Below the pieces are notes generated by a model. It was not told where the DNA came from, searched no databases, and was given only the letters and a program-made list of their open reading frames with translations. A program made the translations under genes and the position numbers. Positions 28,171-59,360 of a stretch of DNA of 64,000 nt are shown here, one piece after another (position 1 is the stretch's first letter; the number at the start of each line of letters is the position of its first letter). Source of the DNA: Tubiluchus corallicola (taxonomy: Eukaryota; Animalia; Priapulida). The stretch is from contig JAQGDQ010000718.1 in assembly GCA_030141605.1 (NCBI GenBank), forward strand, positions 41,328-105,327. The letters are read 5' to 3'.

Positions 28171-28434
28171 TTAACTATAAATGCATCAGATATATTCGAG
28201 CAATTTATTCTTGCTCAAAGTTAAAAACTCATGTAAATTACTTGGGCAGAGATGCTGTTTATTGTCAGCTTCTCGCATGCAAAACGCCCACACGACAACA
28301 ATAAATCTTGCAATGATTGTTCCTATCATTATTTCGTTTTGTGAAAACTCAAATCACGCACCTGCTCGAATGCGTGAGAAATGGCTTCTTCCTTGATTAA
28401 CAATGGCGAAAGTGGGTATTTGTCCTAATTTGTT

Positions 28435-28908
28435 TTAGATTGCTTGTCCTGGAATTGACGATAGGATTTGGAAAAAGCTAAATCTGTTATTTTGAAATGG
28501 TTTGCTGATGTTGTTAATGTATTTAAATATAAAAAGCAGAGCGAAATATTCTTTGTGTGCTTCAATGATTGGGAATTTTAAAGTTTTTCTCAGGTTAGTT
28601 GTTGAAGCTTTGAATTTTTGTCTACCTGCCTTGTGTTTGTATGAGTACCCAGCTATCAATCTCAACGCATAGTTCTGAAGGAGATTTAATTTTAAGTAAT
28701 TTTCTCTTTTGGTTTTTTGAAGTAGCGTAAGAAGTGTGGTAAGATTAAAGTTTTATATGTTAGTGTCTTAGTTTCCTTTGTTAGTTGCCCTTTAACTTGT
28801 CAGAGATATGACGTGCTAGATGCCATTTTTGTGTATATGTTATTAAAGTGTTCATCCCATGAAAGATTATTGTCTACCTGTATGCCCAGGAATTTAACAT
28901 TATTAGAT
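28435..28908 (-). mobile_element. LINE RT fragment, inverted relative to 32140-32757
   Basis: Reverse complement matches 32468-32750 (NNVKFLGIQVDNNLSWDEH...LRLIAGYSYK). Confidence 0.85.
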
Positions 28909-29221
28909 TGTAACACATCATGCGATGTTTGATCAATGTTCCTATAGACCGACAGTTGCCTTCAGTTATTCTGTAACTAAATATAAGCTTTTATATTTTT
29001 TCCAAATTCTGACTATAACTTTGGTAAAACTTTTCAATTTTTTTCAAGATCGTGATAAATATTCTATTTTCTCCAGCTCTTATTTTGTCTCTTCGGTGGC
29101 CCCTGCAGTAATAACTTATTTTCAAAACACGTTATGCAGCATTATTTTAAGCAAATAGTAATTAAATTAGTACGACGATATCAAATGATTATGTGTTGTG
29201 ACGAGCACGGCTGGAAGCCAG

Positions 29222-30462
29222 GGACACACGAGTTAGAGACAAATATGTAGTCTTTGTCTATAGTGGAGACAGAGAGTGTGACTTTGCAAGCATCAAAGTA
29301 CAGTGGACACACGAGTTAGAGACAAATGTGTAGTCTTTGTCTATAGTGGAGACAGACACTGTGACTTTGCGAGCATCAAAGTACAGTGGACACACGAGTT
29401 AGAGACAAATGTGTAGTCTTTGTCTATAGTGGCGACAGACACTGTGACTTTGTGAGCATCAAACTACAGTGGACACACGAGTTAGAGACAAATGTGTAGT
29501 CTTTGTCTATAGTGGAGACAGAGAGTGTGACTTTGCGAGCATCAAAGTACAGTGGGCGCACGAATTAGAGACAAATATGTAGTCTTTGTCTATAGTGGAG
29601 ACAGACACTATGACTTTGCAAGCATCAAAGTACAGTGGACACACGAGTTAGAGACAAATATGTAGTCTTTGTCTATAGTGGAGACAGACACTGTGACTTT
29701 GCGAGCATCAAAGTACAGTGGACACACGAGTTAGAGACAAATATGTAGTCTTTGTCTATAGTGGAGACAGACACTGTGACTTTGCGAGCATCAAAGTACA
29801 GTGGACACACGAGTTAGAGACAAATATGTAGTCTTTGTCTATAGTGGAGACAGACACTGTGACTTTGCGAGCATCAAAGTACAGTGGACACACGAGTTAG
29901 AGACAAATATGTAGTCTTTGTCTATAGTGGAGACAGACACTGTAACTTTGTGAGCATCAAAGTACAGCAGACACACGAGTTAGAGACAAATATGTAGTCT
30001 TTGTCTATAGTAGAGACAGACACTGTAACTTTGCGAGCATCAAAGTACAGTGGACACACTAGTTAGAGACAAATATGTAGTCTTTGTCTATAGTAGAGAC
30101 AGACACTGTAACTTTGCGAGCATCAAAGTACAGTGGACACACGAGCTAGAGACAAATATGTAGTCTTTGTCTATAGTGGAGACAGACACTGTGACTTTGT
30201 GAGCATCAAAGTACAGGGGACACACGAGTTAGAGACAAATATGTAGTCTTTGTCTATAGTGGAGACAGACACTGCGACTTTGTGAGCATCAAAGTACAGT
30301 GGACACACGAGTTAGAGACAAATATGTAGTCTTTGTCTATAGTGGAGACAGACACTGTGACTTTGTGAGCATTAAAGTACAGTGGACACACGAGTTAGAC
30401 GCAAATATGTAGTCTTTGTCTATAGTGGAGAGAGACACTGTGACTTTGCGAGCATCAAAGTA
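29222..30462. repeat. 83-bp satellite, ~15 copies
   Basis: Unit ggacacacgagttagagacaaatatgtagtctttgtctatagtggagacagacactgtgactttgcgagcatcaaagtacagt. Confidence 0.97.
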
Positions 30463-30624
30463 GTTTAATTGCTTTACAAATTGCCTTTGATAACTCAAAA
30501 CGCCATTTTAATTGGCACCATCCTGACTAAGATCTGTTAGTGGTTTAATTATGCTTGGCTGAAGAGTGCTCACGTCATACAATCAAAGGTGTGCGCGCGC
30601 AACTCGACTATGGCGCAGTTGTTC

Positions 30625-30845
30625 TGCATAGAAAAAGACTTTGTAAATGTGGTAAACATATTGAAACTGCAGAACACATAATATTAAGTTGTGAATTTTA
30701 CACACAGATGAGAAACAAGGTCCGTTGGCAAGGAGTAACTGATGAAGAATGCTTGAGATGGTTGTTATTTGGAGAGGGAAAAATTTATGCAGTCTGCCTA
30801 CTGAAGGACATAATGGTCAAAAGAAGAAGCATAGTGAATGTATAA
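30625..30845 (+). mobile_element. Non-LTR retrotransposon C-terminal zinc-knuckle fragment
   Basis: RLCKCGKHIETAEHIILSCEFY fits the CxC..ET.EH....C motif. Confidence 0.6.
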
Positions 30846-31071
30846 CTTTAAAGCTGAAAAGATAAAGAGTAATATATATTTAGCTGTGCGTAACGGCGGT
30901 ATAACATTTATAAACCCAAATTTGTTTTGTGTTGTTGTAGCATTAGAGCAAGCATATGTGTGCGCCTTAGCGTTTTTGAGTAGAAATCAGCCTAGTAGTA
31001 CAATATACATTGCTACTCGCCCTGATACAAAAGGGATTTAGGCACTGGACGGATGGATGGATGGATTTCTT

Positions 31072-31856
31072 GCAGGCCCGGATAATCCTATAGGCGAGTA
31101 TAGGTTGCGCCCTAGAGACCCTCGAGCTTGGGAGGTACTCAAGCACCCCGGATAATCCTATAGGCTAGTATAGGTTGCGCCCTAGGGACCCTCGAGCTTG
31201 GGAGGTCCTCAAGCAGGCCCGGATAATTCTATAGGCTAGTATAGGTTGCGCCCTAGGGACCCTCGAGCTTGGGAGGTCCTCAAGCAGGCCCGGATAATCC
31301 TATAGGCTAGTATAGGTTGCGCCCTAGGGACTCTCGAGCTTGGGAGGTCCTCAAGCAGGCCCGGATAATCCTATAGGCTAGTATAGGTTGCTCCCTAGGG
31401 ACCCTCGAGCTTGGGAGGTCCTCAAGTAGGCCCGGACGGATAATCCTATAGGCTAGTATAGGTTGCGCCCTAGGGACCCTCGAGCTTGGGAGGTACTCAA
31501 GCACCCCCGGATAATCCTATAGGCTAGTATAGGTTGCGCCCTAGGGACCCTCGAGCTTGGGAGGTACTCAAGCACCCCCGGATAATCCTATAGGCTAGTA
31601 TAGGTTGCGCCCTAGGGACCCTCGAGCTTGGGAGGTCCTCAAGCAGGCCCGGATAATTCTATAGGCTAGTATAGGTTGCGCCCTAGGGACCCTCGAGCTT
31701 GGGAGGTACTCAAGCACCCCCGGATAATCCTATAGGCTAGTATAGGTTGCGCCCTAGGAACCCTCGAGCTTGGGAGGTCCTCAAGCAGGCCCGAATAATT
31801 CTATAGGCTAGTGTAGGTTGCGCCCTAGGGACCCTCCAGCGTGGGAGGCCCTCAAG
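31072..31856. repeat. 71-bp satellite, ~11 copies, derived from a hAT-MITE 5' end
   Basis: Unit caggcccggataatcctataggctagtataggttgcgccctagggaccctcgagcttgggaggtcctcaag; downstream flank resembles 11609-11760. Confidence 0.93.
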
Positions 31857-32139
31857 TTTTCATAACATTTGGTAAAAAATCCGTTTTCTCACTGGGGTTG
31901 TGTTGAGATATGTGTTAACTTGGTTTCCAATAAAAAATAAATTAGTGACATTTCCTAATGAATATTTTTATTGACAAACAAGAGATAGCTAGTTATTTTA
32001 GTTCTTGTACAAAAGATATTCTAGTTTATTGATCCAGTTAGCCTAGGCAATTTTGAAACCATGTCTTCTCTATGCAGACGATATAAACAACATATCCAGT
32101 CTTCCTTTTAATGATGACGATGATGATGATGATGAGCGT

Positions 32140-32757
32140 TTACCACGTTAAACAGAGGTATACTGCAAGGAACACCACTAGGTCCGTTGTTATTTTGCCT
32201 ATACATAAACAACATATCCAGTGTATCACAACACTCACAAATATCCAATACGCTGATGACACAACAATCTACATAGTCCATGAAAACATACAAACTGCAA
32301 AAAATTATTTAGAAAAAGATATAAAAAATATAAATATGGCATTTAGTCATTACAAGCTAAAAATGAATAATGACAAAACAGAATTCATGATACTGTCACC
32401 CTCATTAAATACTAATGATGCATCATCAACCACTTTGACAATAGATAATGCTGTAATCAAACAAACTAACAATGTTAAATTCCTGGGCATACAGGTAGAC
32501 AATAATCTTTCATGGGATGAACACTTTAATAACATATACACAAAAATGGCATCTAGCACATCATATCTCCGACAAGTTAAAGGGCAACTAACAAACGAAA
32601 CTAAGACACTAACATATAAAACTTTAATCTTACCACACTTCTTATATGGATGTATGCTACTTCAAAAAACCAAAAGAGAAAATTACTTAAAATTAAATCT
32701 CCTTCAGAACTATGGGTTGAGATTGATAGCTGGGTACTCATACAAACGTAATAAGCG
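32140..32757 (+). mobile_element. Frameshifted LINE (CR1/L2-group) reverse transcriptase fragment
   Basis: RGILQGTPLGPLLFCLYINN in one frame, then QYADDT..N.DKTEFM..KFLGIQVDNNLSW in the next. Confidence 0.9.
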
Positions 32758-32785
32758 TAAGTTCTTATAATTCTTGGCCTTTGCC

Positions 32786-33330
32786 TTAAAGAAAAACCGG
32801 ATGATTGTGTAAACACGAGTTCAGAATAAAGAATGCTTTAAAATATTGAAAACTACAACAGCTTATTTTAAATCAAAGCTTAGATTAAATAATAATTACC
32901 ACGGATACACAAATTTCGTTGAACTTTCAAAGTTACGTGCGGCTCAGTGAATCCACTAAGATTGGCAGCGGCGCCTTTTTGTCACATTCGCGTGGCCGAT
33001 AAATTGAAGGCGGTACCGTGACAACCACGATCATGAACTGCTGTGTTAGTTTCTGATATAGAGCCCATTTTTGTTACAGCATGCATTTAAACAGTACTGT
33101 AAAACTTATGCAAACGTGCTTGATGCGCAAGGGAGATGCCTGCCGTTGCACAAATTGTGGTTAGTTTCTGACGTAAGCGATAGCTGTGTTCATTTGCCGT
33201 TAGTTAACTTTCTAAGCTAATTATTCAAATGTTGGAAACAATTGTTAACTTTAATAGGCAAGAAAATGTATATTTTGGACAGTAAATTAAAACGAGATTG
33301 AGTCTAAACAATCGTCCGGTCCTCCGTTAA
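32786..33330 (+). mobile_element. TTAA-flanked MITE, family K1 (Kolobok/T2-like), copy A
   Basis: ttaa-agaaaaaccggatgattgt ... acaatcgtccggtcctccg-ttaa; copies at 51826-52377 and 57003-57557. Confidence 0.88.
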
Positions 33331-33859
33331 ACTTTTAATTCTCATTCGTTCTTACTGTTATTTCTTAGCAAACAAGGAATTGCATAGATAATTTTATTTA
33401 GTGATTAGTAATTAAATTAACAAACTCTATTACAATTCATTATTTTCTGCAGGTAATAAAGTCGGAGTTTCTTTGAAATTATCTGGACTGCAGGCTGGAA
33501 AGACAAGAGAAAATGAAAATGTAATTGGATTTACTCATATTGCAAGAAAATGCGTTTGCAAGAAGTTTTTTACTTGGCAAAATAGCGTGAGCAAATCTTT
33601 TTGACAAAGAGTATGTCTTCTGATAATGGACTTGAAGTTCTCTTTGCATGGAAGGAACAGATTACGCTGTGTTGGGTAATAATGCGGTTATGATGATGAT
33701 ACGACTGTGAGTTTATGTGTTATCGTCACGTTGACAAACAAGCAGTTGTTAAGAAATGCAAAAAAACACATAGAAACCCAATGTATGAATTCTCTGAAAT
33801 GTTAAGGTAAATAGTTGCTTCACAAAAGTTTTTAAATTTTAATCAGTTTAACATGAAAA

Positions 33860-34380
33860 GACTTTTGGTGATCAAAAGAGGCACATGGTGTAACCAAAAG
33901 TAGGCAATTTTGGCGAAATTTCATTCAGGTAAATCATTGTTCAGTCCAACGTGAAAACGATTTTTGCTGTTCAAAAGAGACGAAAATGTCACTAAAACCA
34001 GACAATTTTGGTGACATTTCGATCAGGTAAATCAATATTCAGTCAGACGTGAAAGCGGTTCTTGGTGTCCAAAAGAGACGCAAAATGTAACTAAAAGTAG
34101 AGAATTTTGGTGGAAATTCTATTAATTAAATAAATTTTACGACTCTTGGTGACAAAAAAGACGCAAAATGTAACTAAAAGTAGAGAATTTTGGTGGAAAT
34201 TCTATTAATTAAATAAATTTTACGACTCTTGGTGACAAAAAAGACGCAAAATGTAACTAAAAGTAGACAATTCTGGTGAAAATTCTATTAGTTAAATAAA
34301 TTGTACCACTCTTGGTGACAAAAAAGACGTAAAATGTAACCAAAAGTAGACAATTTTGGTGGGAATTCCAATCAGGTAAA
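33860..34380. repeat. Degenerate ~83-bp tandem repeat just upstream of the GPCR ATG
   Basis: ctcttggtgacaaaaaagacgcaaaatgtaactaaaagtag repeated with an 83-bp period in the best copies. Confidence 0.85.
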
Positions 34381-34406
34381 TCACTGTTGACGATCAACTC
34401 GCATAA

Positions 34407-51731
<17,325 letters not shown>

Positions 51732-51776
51732 ATTTCAGTAAATTTGAGTCAGATTATTCGGTTTGAGAAATTACAT

Positions 51777-51782
51777 AATAAA
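51777..51782 (+). promoter_or_regulatory. Candidate polyadenylation signal AATAAA
   Basis: First AATAAA after the stop codon; others follow, so usage is unproven. Confidence 0.35.
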
Positions 51783-51825
51783 CTTTCTTACTCATTGGCG
51801 TCGATCCCAAGTTACTAACATCGGT

Positions 51826-52377
51826 TTAATAAAGGAAAACCGGATGATTGTGTCAACACGAGTTCAAAATAAAGAATGCTCTAAAATATTGAAAACTACA
51901 ATAGCTTATTTTAAATGAAAGCTTAGATTAAATAATAATTACCCCGGATACTCAAATGTCGTTAAACCTTCAAAGCTACGCGCGTCTCAGTGAATCAACT
52001 AAGACTGGCAGCGGCACCTTTTTGTCACATTCGCGTGGCCGACAAATAAAAGGCGGTACCGTGATAAGCACGATCATGAACTGCAGTGTTAATTTCTGAC
52101 GTTATATGATGTAGAGCCCATATCCGCGACTTCAAGCGTTTCAGCAGTAACATTTACGCAAACGTGCTTGATGCGTAAGAGAAGATGCCTGCCATTGCAC
52201 AAACTGTGGTTAGTTTCTGACGTAAGCAATGGCTGTGTTCGGTTGCCGTTAATCAACTTTTTAAGCTAATTATTCAAGGAACAATTGCTAACCTTTTTTT
52301 GTAGGCAAGAAAATGTATATTTTGGACAGTAAATTAAAATGAGATTGAGTCTAAACAATCGTCCGGTCTTGCCTTAA
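51826..52377 (+). mobile_element. MITE family K1, copy B (just 3' of the GPCR stop)
   Basis: TIRs aaggaaaaccggatgattgt / acaatcgtccggtcttgcc-ttaa. Confidence 0.88.
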
Positions 52378-53151
52378 ACTGCTCAGTTTAATAAGTCTCT
52401 GTTATGCTCAGTTAAAATATCTAGCATAAAACAAAATCGAATGTGAAAGTATGATTTAACAAATTTTAGCAGAAGTCACGAATGGTTGACATTGGGGAAG
52501 GGAGAGGGCGCTACAAGAGGCAAATTATAAAAGAATGAAGGAATGAACTACCAAATTTACAAATAATAGATAGGAATGACTAGATTTTGTGGGGAACATG
52601 GCTGACCTGGGTAAATGATTCCATCAGCCAAGTTTTTTCAAAGATTTGAAAACTTTTTAAAGTCATACTAAGGTTCTAGCAGCAGGTTACAACTAATCTA
52701 TGGTAAATAGATTATGGTCTATAATCTAATCTATGGTCTATACTAAACTGTAGCATAAAACAGGGAAGATGGAACAGAGGTACAGTGTATTGTACTAAAA
52801 TTAGGCCAACTTAGGCAAGTTGATTGCAGATGAAGAGCATATTCTCTTCTCTCCTCTCCTCTCCTCTCCTCTCCTCTCCTCTCCTCTCCTCTCCTCTCCT
52901 CTCCTCTTCTCTTCTCTTCTCTTCTCTTCTCTTCTCTTCTCTTCTCTTCTCTCCTCTCTTGTCCCCCTCTTCTCCCATCCCCTTCCTCTCCTCTTCCTCC
53001 CTCCCTCCCTCTCTTCTCGTCTCCTCTTCTCTTGTTTTCTCTCCTTATTCTCTCCCCCCGCTCAATGATATATTTTAATTTTGTAGAAAGACAGACAGAC
53101 AGACAGACAAACAGACAACAGACAGACAGACAGATAGACAGACAGACAGAA

Positions 53152-53192
<41 letters not shown>

Positions 53193-54112
53193 CTGTGGGA
53201 CATTATGTAACTGTTCGGTCTGGTAAATTAAATACCGGTACTGCTACAAAATGAGAATACGTTTTCCTGTTTGAGCCAATACATTATACTTTTCTTCAAG
53301 TCAAAGTTTGGTGACTGTTTTGCTGGAAAGGTTTACCACATTTTTGTACAGGTGGTGCTTCACACTAGCCTTGTGAAAAACGTGACTGTCAAGCTACGTA
53401 TCCTCGCCAGAGAATCGTCCATTCGTTTTGAATCAGTTCAGTGAATGGACCTGCTGTAAATAATGTAAAATTTCTTTGTTCTAATGATGCTATAGCGTGT
53501 AGAATCGAATTTATTTTGCAGAATAAAAATATTTATTTACTTAATCACAAATTAACGTATGTTCTATATTTATAAAGTTTAGTTAGTGATTACTCTAGCG
53601 TCAAGAATTCAATTCTTGTAAATTCCTGATTAGTTGGAGAGAGAATCAGGCTTGCGTAAATCCTGAGGGCTGTGTGGTCTAATTTGCATGAAATTAGCAA
53701 AGATACCAGGTTCGATACCAGGTTCGTTTTCGATTTTTTCTGTTTTAATGTTGGCCCAGTTTCCACTCAATAATTTGATGACCGTGAGCTATTTTCCTCA
53801 TGCACTGAAATTGTCATGCAGTAATAAAAAACGTGTTTTAATGTTTATTAAATGTAAAAAATAGTGTAGATTAGAAAATCACGAAATGTTTTAATGAATG
53901 ACTGTAAAATCAAGTTTTTAATAAAATTAAAGTTTAATGTAAAACTTCTGTCTTTGTTGTCTAGTATCAAAACTCATACGTACATTCACGAATTCGTAGG
54001 GGTACGAGGCGGGGGGTGGTGTCAGGAGAGGCGATTTGCCCTTCCAGAGCTAAAAATTTTTACATTTTCAGGGCAAAAACTACTTATTCTTTGGACAATA
54101 ATTGTGTGTGTG

Positions 54113-54150
<38 letters not shown>

Positions 54151-54200
54151 CGTACGTGCGTGCGTGCGTGCGTGTGTGTGTGCGTGTGTGTGTGTTAAAC

Positions 54201-54624
54201 ATATTGTTCTGGGGTTCGACCCGGTAGATAGCCTTACGGCCCGCCATTGGGGATGTGGGTAACTGCTGCATAACGGACACTCCAGAAATTTAAAAAAAAG
54301 AAACAACAAAACCAAAACTTAGAATTCAAAAGGGACGGCTGAGAAGAACAACACAATAGAAAAAACATAACCTGATGACAATGCTTCAAACCTTACGGAA
54401 TCCACGACACTCGGCAGGCAGACAGGAGAAGTGCATTCCACGACAACCAGAAGACAACTGACGATGTCACGTGTTCGTTCTTTCCACAGGAAACCACTGC
54501 TCAACAGGTAATGTTATGGGCTTCCTAGTTTAAAGTAGAGGTCATAACATTACCTGTAGGCTGATTGGCCTGGTGCCTATGAATAGAACTGTATAATGCA
54601 CTGTTCCCTGTTCAGCTCAATATT
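54201..54624. mobile_element. Unclassified ~400-bp dispersed repeat, copy 2
   Basis: Matches 35301-35703. Confidence 0.85.
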
Positions 54625-57002
54625 ATAAACAAGTGGCGAAGTAAATAATAAAGTAAACAAAACAAGATTTGTGGGAAGGAACATATAAACAAAAGCCAAC
54701 GACGAGTAATTTCAGTAATAATCGTCTTGTTTTCCTCACATTTACATAACTTATACCAGTTGCATCACATATGAAGATATATATGCACGTTAATACGTAG
54801 TATTTAAATCATAACAATAATAACAGTAACATTAAAGTGATTAAAATATCAAGATATCTTAGTTGGCATTATTTTGCTTAATTAATCAATAAGCGATGCT
54901 TTGGAGACAAATTAAAGGAAAGATCTATGGATTTATTCGCTAACTAGAATTTTTTAAAAAGGAAAAATAAAACTAAAAAAATTGTTTAACGAAAAAAGTT
55001 TGACAGTGACGACGACTAGGATTTTTGTTCATGTAGAAAATTTTACGTTCGATTTTAAAGGAAAGGTTAACACTTCTGGGAAGTTAAGTTTATTTCCATA
55101 TTCCCGAAAAATATTAGATGAATTTAGTAATAAAATTTTACTTCCATAAGTAACTCGTATGATTAATAAAATAACTTTTAAGTCGCGATCATCTCATGAT
55201 TGAGGGCAACCAATTTGACCACCATTTTTCCACCAGTGACGTCATTCGTAGACTGAAGAAAATGTAAGCTCTGTGAAGGTACGCGTTGAGAAATTTCTAC
55301 AGTTTGCTTAGAAATTCAGTTATTCTAATGTTGTGTTTAACTGTGTTTACCTAGAAATTAGGCATTCGATCAATTATGATCAAATTTTAAATGGTTGTGT
55401 TGCTTTAACCTACAGGATTACACCTTGGAATGTGTAAGCAATTAACATTAATTGTGTAAGTAATTAGTTTACAGGTTTTTGTTGACTTTTAGATGCACAT
55501 GTAAACTTGCCAGCACGTAGTAGGTACCGGGCTGGTTACTTAGTTTATAGAATTCGCTCTATAAGGTAAAAAGATTCTGAATCACCTGGCGGGATAAGTG
55601 TTTATGTTGCACGGTAACCGGATGACGCCATTTTGCGTCTAAAATGATCGCGCGCATGCGTAAAGTGATCACGACTTTATATTGATTTTACTAATTACAC
55701 GAGATGCTTATCACAGTTCCATTGCTGAAACTTTCTAGCATTTTCCCCAAAATAAGATCAACATCCCGAGATACTTGGCTTTTGCTTTAAGGCGTCCGAC
55801 TTGTAAACAAATACCAGTAATTTGTTGAACAAACAAGCAGAAAAATACGATCAAAAAATCTACAAACAAACAGTCAACAGCAATCTATAGAACAGTTATA
55901 AAATATGAAATAGCCAACAGTTTAACAATAAAATTAATCATTTAAGAAATATTTGTTTGTTTCGTTAAATAAATACAGCATCACACATTACATAATTTCC
56001 GTTTAAAGGAGTAGATTATCAAATTTTCTTATGTGCTTACAAATTTTTTTTAAAAAACAGCATTGTTCAAATGACCAACATTTCAACAAAAAATTAATCA
56101 TTTAAGACATATTTGTTTGTTTCGTCTGTTAAACTTAGCTTAACACATTAGATAACATTCTCTTATTCCATTTAAAGGACAGATCAACAAATTTTCTTAT
56201 GCGCTTGCAAAAAAAAACTTATAAAAAACAGCATTGTTCAAAACTCGAAACTTTGAACTCCTGTATTAACCAGTAAAGTTGGTGTCTAAACGACAAGTTG
56301 TTTATTAAAAAACAAAAATAAATTCTCTAAACACATTTTCAATCTGTAAAACTAAGGAAAGAAATAACAGTTCGTACCACAGCCAAAATATTACATTTAC
56401 CTCAATGATAAGTTTAATGAGTATTTATATCTGAGTGGTGCACATCGGGATCGTTCATCTCTGACGTCACAAGTACCTCTGACGTCACAAGTACCTTCTT
56501 AGCTGTTTGCGCAAATTATCTGAATTATTAATCATTTTCGTATTTATCAACCCCAAACTTTATTGTAACACGTGCTCAGAACTCACCGTGACTGTGTTCG
56601 AGTGATGTCATGTCACGTGATCAGTCACATGCTGGCTTTTCAATTGGCGGACTAAATGAAACATTCGCTTAAGATTATACTTAGGTGATATAATTTTTTA
56701 TTGCGAATTTTCCAAGGCTTACTTTGGTTGGCCATTTTCTTGTCCTTTAAATAATGTTTCTTTTATATCGCGAAACCTAAGAAATACCAAGACTTAACTC
56801 TATCTTTTTCGTAAAATATTGTCATCTAGCTAAGCTCATGTTTAATTTTCCAGGTAACCCAATTAGTTACAAAATCGTATGTTAAACTTGGCAAACCTGC
56901 TTATAATCTTTGCTTTCAGAAAAACGTAATAAAAGTACTAAAATCTCACATCGGACTTTTATGTATTTTTCGTACCACAGATTGGCTGTTGGTATTGCTC
57001 CA

Positions 57003-57557
57003 TTAAAGAAAAACCAGATGATTGTGTAAACATTAGTTCAGAATAAAGAATGCTCTAAAATATTGAAAACTACAATAGCTTTTTAAATCAAAGCTTAGAT
57101 TAAATAATAATTACCTCGGATGCTCAAATTTCGTTAAACTTTTAAAGCTACGCGCGGCTCAGGGAATCTACTAAGATTGGCAACGGCGCCTTTTTGTCAC
57201 ATTCGCGTGGCCGACAAATAGAAGACGGTACCGTGATAACCATGATCCTGAACTGCACTGTTAGTTTCTGACGTCATATGATGTAGAGCCCATTTTTCGT
57301 GACAGCATGCGTTTAAACGGTACTATAAGAATCACGAAAATGTGCTTGATGCGCAAGGGAAGACGCCTGCCATTGCACAAAATGTGGTTAGTTTCTGACG
57401 TAAGCAATAGCTGTGTTCATTTGCCGTTAATTAACTTTCTAAGCTAATCCTTCCAACAAAAGGAATAATTGTTAACTTTTATAGGCAAGACAATGTAGAA
57501 TTTGGACAGTAAATTAAAATGAAATTGAGTCTAAACAATCGTCCGGTCTTCCTTTAA
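57003..57557 (+). mobile_element. MITE family K1, copy C
   Basis: ttaa-agaaaaaccagatgattgt ... acaatcgtccggtcttcct-ttaa. Confidence 0.88.
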
Positions 57558-57788
57558 GTGAGCAACTTCCCATCCACATAGAGGTGATTCAGTCTAATGT
57601 TCTCTTTTTTAGCTGTCCGTACACTTTAGCCTAAACAAACATGCATTGCGAGTGACCAAAAGTCTGTGAGCAAGTGCGTTCCACAGTTTCAAAATACATC
57701 AGCAGTCTAGTACATAAAGTAGCACCACAAGTACATGGATCAGTAGGTAAATGGTCCACAATCTTTGCATACGTCATTTGAAATACTT

Positions 57789-59360
57789 TCAAGAAACACG
57801 TTATTGCCTAGCAAAGTTGTCCCGCGCAAACTCAAGAATCGCGTTATTGCCTGGCAAAGTTGTCCCTCGAAATTCAAGAATCGCGTTATTGCCTGGCAAA
57901 GTTGTCCCTCGAAATTCAAGAATCGCGTTATTGCCTGGCACAGTTGTCCCTAGAAACTCAAGAATCCCGTTATTGCCTGGCAAAGTTGTCCCGTAGAAAC
58001 TCAAGAATCCCGTTATTGCCTGGCAAAGTTGTCCCTCGAAATTCAAGAATCGCGTTATTGCCTGGCAAAGTTGTCCCGTAGAAACTCAAGAATCCCGTTA
58101 TTGCCTGGCAAAGTTGTCCCTAGAAATTCAAAAATCCCGTTATTGCCTGGCAAAGTTGTCCCTAGAAACTCAAGAATCCCGTTATTGCCTGGCAAAGTTG
58201 TCCCGTAGAAACTCAAGAATCCCGTTATTGCCTGGCAAAGTTGTCCCTAGAAATTCAAAAATCCCGTTATTGCCTGGCAAAGTTGTCACTAGAAACTCAA
58301 GAATCCCGTTATTGCCTGGCAAAGTTGTCCCTAGAAACTCAAGAATCCCGTTATTGCCTGGCAAAGTTGTCCCATGCAGGCTGAAGAAACACGTTATTGC
58401 CTCGCAAAGTTGTCCCGTACAAACTCAAGAATCCCGTTATTGCCTGGCAAAGTTGTCCTTGCAAACTCAAGAATCGCGTTATTGCCTGGCAAAGTTGTCC
58501 CTAGAAATTCAAAAATCCCGTTATTGCCTGGCAAAGTTGTCCCTAGAAATTCAAAAATCCCGTTATTGCCTGGCAAAGTTGTCCCGCGCAAACTCAAGAA
58601 TCCCTTTATTGCCTGGCAAAGTTGTCCCGTAGAAACTCAAGAATCCTATCATTGCCTGGCAAAGTTGTCCCGCGCAAACTCAAGAATCCCTTTATTGCCT
58701 GGCAAAGTTGTCCCGCGCAAACTCAAGAATCCCTTCATTGCCTGGCAAAGTTGTCCCGCACAAACTCAAGAATCGCAACATTATCTGGCAAAGTTGTCCC
58801 ATGCAAACTCAAGAATCCCGTTATTGCCTGGCAAAGTTGTCCCGAACAAACTCAAGAATCCCATCATTGCCTGGCAAAGTTGTCCCGCGCAAATTCAAGA
58901 ATCCCTTCATTGCCTGGCAAAGTTGTCCCGCGCAAATTCAAGAATCCCTTCATTGCCTGGCAAAGTTGTCCCGCGCAAACTCAAGAATCTCATCATTGCC
59001 TGGCAAAGTTGACCCGCGCAAATTCAAGAATCCCTTCATTGCCTGGCAAAGTTGTCCCGAGCAAACTCAAGAATCTCATCATTGCCTGGCAAAGTTGTCC
59101 CGAGCAAACTCAAGAATCCCGTTATTGCCTGGCAAAGTTGTCGGGCGCAAACTGAAGAATCCCGTTATTGCCTGGCAAAGTTGTCCCGCGCAAACTGAAG
59201 AATCCCATCATTGCCTGGCAAAGTTGTCCCACGCAAACTCAAGAATCTCGTTATTGCCTGGCAAAGTTGTCCCGCGCAAACTAAAGAATCCCATCATTGC
59301 CTGGCAAAGTTGTCCCACGCAAACTCAAGAATCTCGTTATTGCCTGGCAAAGTTGTCCCT
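57789..59360. repeat. 42-43-bp minisatellite, ~37 copies
   Basis: Unit aactcaagaatcccgttattgcctggcaaagttgtcccgcgca. Confidence 0.97.

Noticed and set aside
29222-30462. CRISPR-like array (hairpin-bearing repeats)
   Set aside because: No unique spacers, no cas genes, eukaryotic context; the same applies to all other arrays.
32069-32100. Extra YADD-encoding snippet before the RT fragment
   Set aside because: Too short; partly a local duplicate of 32206-32223, with no supporting frame.
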